NCBI GenBank assembly: GCA_046861655.1
Contig: JBHIAI010000010.1
Coordinates: 1 to 25,699, forward strand
Direction: 5' to 3'
DNA length: 25,699 nt
Origin: Fidelibacterota bacterium
GTDB lineage: Bacteria > Fidelibacterota > Marinisomatia > Marinisomatales > S15-B10
Below, in pieces: positions 23,647 through 25,699 of this stretch. Position 1 is the first letter of the stretch. Each line of letters opens with the position of its first letter. A program made the position numbers and the translations under genes. The notes beneath the pieces were generated by a model. That model had not been told where the DNA came from and did not search any database. It saw nothing but the letters and a program-made list of their open reading frames with translations.

Positions 23647-25699
23647 ATGAACGGAATCTCTGTCGAAGAACGGTCCCGGTGGGAATACCACGACCTGATG
23701 CTCCACCGGATTCACGAGATCCTGCTGGTGGCAAGTCCCTACGACGCCTACATCCTGGAGGAGGACGGCCGTCTTACGGAACAGATCCTGAACGAGTACC
23801 TGGGAATGAACCTGAGCTACGCCCCCCGGGCCTGGAGAGCCTCCACTGCCAGCCAGGCCATGGACATGCTCTCCGCCCGGAATTATGATCTTGTGATCGC
23901 CCTTCTGAGAATATCCGACATGGATCCCATCAGTTTCGCCGGTTGGGTAAAGGAGAAACACCCGGATATACCGGTAGTCCTTCTGGCCTACGATGCTTCG
24001 GAAGTGAGCTATCTCCAGGACCACATTTACGGAGGCCCCATAGACAAGGTTTTCGTGTGGAGCGGCAACGCAAGCGTATTCCCGGTGATCATCAAGGTTA
24101 TTGAGGACAGGAAGAACGCGGAACGGGACATCCTGAGGAGGGACGTGAGGGCCATCGTGGTTGTGGAGGACAATCCCGAGTACTACTCCCGCATTCTTCC
24201 CAGGATCTACTCTGAAGTCCTTTATCACACCCGGGCCCTGATGGACCAGAGTCTCAACGCCACCCACCGTCTCCTGCGTCTCAGAGCCAGACCCAAAATA
24301 CTGTTCTGCAGCACCTACGAGGAGGCCCAGGAGTACGTCCGGAAGTTCAAGGATAATCTCCTGGGGATTATTTCCGATATTCGATTTCCCCGGAACGAAG
24401 TCCAGGATGACCGGGCGGGGCTGAAACTCGCTGAATGGGTGCGGGAGCTGGATCCCCACATGCCTTTCGTGCTGCAGTCCAGCAGGCAGGATGCCCGGGA
24501 ACTGGCGGAGGAACTGGGGGTGGAGTTCATCAACAAGACATCCAATACCCTCCTCCAGGAACTCCGGGAGTTCATGAAAGAGAATTTCGGATTCGGGGAT
24601 TTTGTCTTCCGGGACGAGAGCGGGAAGGAAGTAGCGAGAGCGACCAACATGCTGGAGCTGGAAGAAAGCTTGGGGAAGGTTCCCGACTCTTCGATCGCTT
24701 ACCACGCCACCCGGAATCATTTTTCCAACTGGCTGGCCGCCCGGGGGGAATTCTCCGTTGCGTCCCGCATGAGACCCGTGCAGATCTCCGATTTCCCCGA
24801 CATGGCCGCCCTACGTCAGTACCTCATCCAAAGTGTTGAGACCACCCGGCACGCCAGGAGGGCGGGACGGGTGGAAGAGTACGTCTCGGGACCGCTGGAC
24901 CCTTCAGCGAATTTCATAAGGATTCGAGGGGGCTCACTGGGTGGAAAAGCCCGGGGGCTGGCGTTCGCCAACTCCCTCATCGAATCTTCCGAGCTTGACA
25001 GACGCTTTCCCGAAATCACCATCCGAATCCCCCGGACCGTGGTGATCGGAACAGACGAATTCGATGAATTCATGGAGAGGAACAAACTGTGGGACATGGT
25101 GTTCGGGACTTCCAGGGATGAAGACCTGATTGAAAGGTTTGTTTCCGCAACACTTTCGGAGGGTTTAACTAATTTCCTAAAGTTATACTTGAAGGATGTT
25201 AAAGTCCCTCTGGCCGTTCGTTCGTCAGGACTGCTGGAGGACATGCAGTACCGCTCACTGGCGGGGATGTATGCCACTTACATGGTTCCGAACGTAAGTG
25301 GTCGCCTGTCTGATCGTGTCCGGAGGGTCAGCAAGGCCATCAAACTTGTGTATGCTTCCACTTTTTCTCAGGAAGCGAAATCGACGGCGGAGACCCTCTA
25401 CCAGCGTCTCGAGGATGAGAAGATGGGGGTCCTGATCCAGGAACTGGTGGGACAGACCTATGGGACCCGGTTTTACCCGACGTTCAGTGGCGTGGCCCGC
25501 AGTCTCAACTACTATCCAGTATCCTACATGAAAAGAGAAGAAGGGATCGTGTACATGGCCCTCGGTCTTGGGCGGACCGTCGTGGAGGGGGGCAAGGCCC
25601 TGAGATTCTCTCCCAGGTACCCCACGATCCTGCCCCAGTTCTATTCTACTGAGGCCATGCTGGAGAATTCTCAGACCGAGTTTTACGCTCTGGATCTGG
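23647..25699 (+). CDS. Receiver-domain-containing PEP/pyruvate-binding (PPDK_N) protein, truncated by the window end
   Basis: Not in the ORF track because it has no stop in the window. Hand translation from ATG 23647 gives HEILLVASPYDAYILEEDG, VVVEDNPEYYS, GIISDIRFP, NFGFGDFVFR, NHFSNWLAARG, GGSLGGKARGLAF, PLAVRSSGLLED, EKMGVLIQELVG, ALGLGRTVVEGG and SQTEFYALDL at the edge. Confidence 0.88.
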   Translation, partial: MNGISVEERSRWEYHDLMLHRIHEILLVASPYDAYILEEDGRLTEQILNEYLGMNLSYAPRAWRASTASQAMDMLSARNYDLVIALLRISDMDPISFAGWVKEKHPDIPVVLLAYDASEVSYLQDHIYGGPIDKVFVWSGNASVFPVIIKVIEDRKNAERDILRRDVRAIVVVEDNPEYYSRILPRIYSEVLYHTRALMDQSLNATHRLLRLRARPKILFCSTYEEAQEYVRKFKDNLLGIISDIRFPRNEVQDDRAGLKLAEWVRELDPHMPFVLQSSRQDARELAEELGVEFINKTSNTLLQELREFMKENFGFGDFVFRDESGKEVARATNMLELEESLGKVPDSSIAYHATRNHFSNWLAARGEFSVASRMRPVQISDFPDMAALRQYLIQSVETTRHARRAGRVEEYVSGPLDPSANFIRIRGGSLGGKARGLAFANSLIESSELDRRFPEITIRIPRTVVIGTDEFDEFMERNKLWDMVFGTSRDEDLIERFVSATLSEGLTNFLKLYLKDVKVPLAVRSSGLLEDMQYRSLAGMYATYMVPNVSGRLSDRVRRVSKAIKLVYASTFSQEAKSTAETLYQRLEDEKMGVLIQELVGQTYGTRFYPTFSGVARSLNYYPVSYMKREEGIVYMALGLGRTVVEGGKALRFSPRYPTILPQFYSTEAMLENSQTEFYALDL

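Noticed and set aside
23608..24720. 370-aa minus-strand ORF and other ORFs beyond 23608
   Set aside because: They are antisense or out-of-frame shadows of the plus-strand REC-PPDK_N gene starting at 23647.

Overview
Gene-dense, GC-rich bacterial chromosomal window with 19 protein-coding genes and no recognisable rRNA, tRNA, CRISPR array or mobile element. The gene types suggest a diderm FCB-group organism such as Marinisomatota, KSB1 or Calditrichota (inference). The left half is a long minus-strand run: nagB, a GlmU-like protein, lysA, a four-gene corrinoid methyltransferase cassette, a Na+:solute symporter and a class A-like serine hydrolase. The cassette comprises a UroD/MtaA-family Zn methyltransferase, a RACo/RamA-type activase, a stand-alone corrinoid protein and a stand-alone homocysteine S-methyltransferase domain. 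A TonB-dependent receptor follows under a perfect TTGACA-17-TATAAT promoter and runs off the left edge. Divergent on the plus strand are namZ (DUF1343), a NagX/HGSNAT-like membrane acetyltransferase, an unknown outer-membrane protein, an IPNS-family 2OG-Fe(II) oxygenase, a small hypothetical protein, rsmE, a HIT hydrolase, smc and a receiver-domain/PPDK_N fusion that runs off the right edge. The two edge-truncated genes are missing from the ORF track. The most notable feature is the corrinoid cassette. It resembles a split B12-dependent methionine synthase in which the folate-binding module is replaced by a UroD-fold methyltransferase. It is translationally coupled to a symporter and sits inside an amino-sugar/peptidoglycan-scavenging locus.
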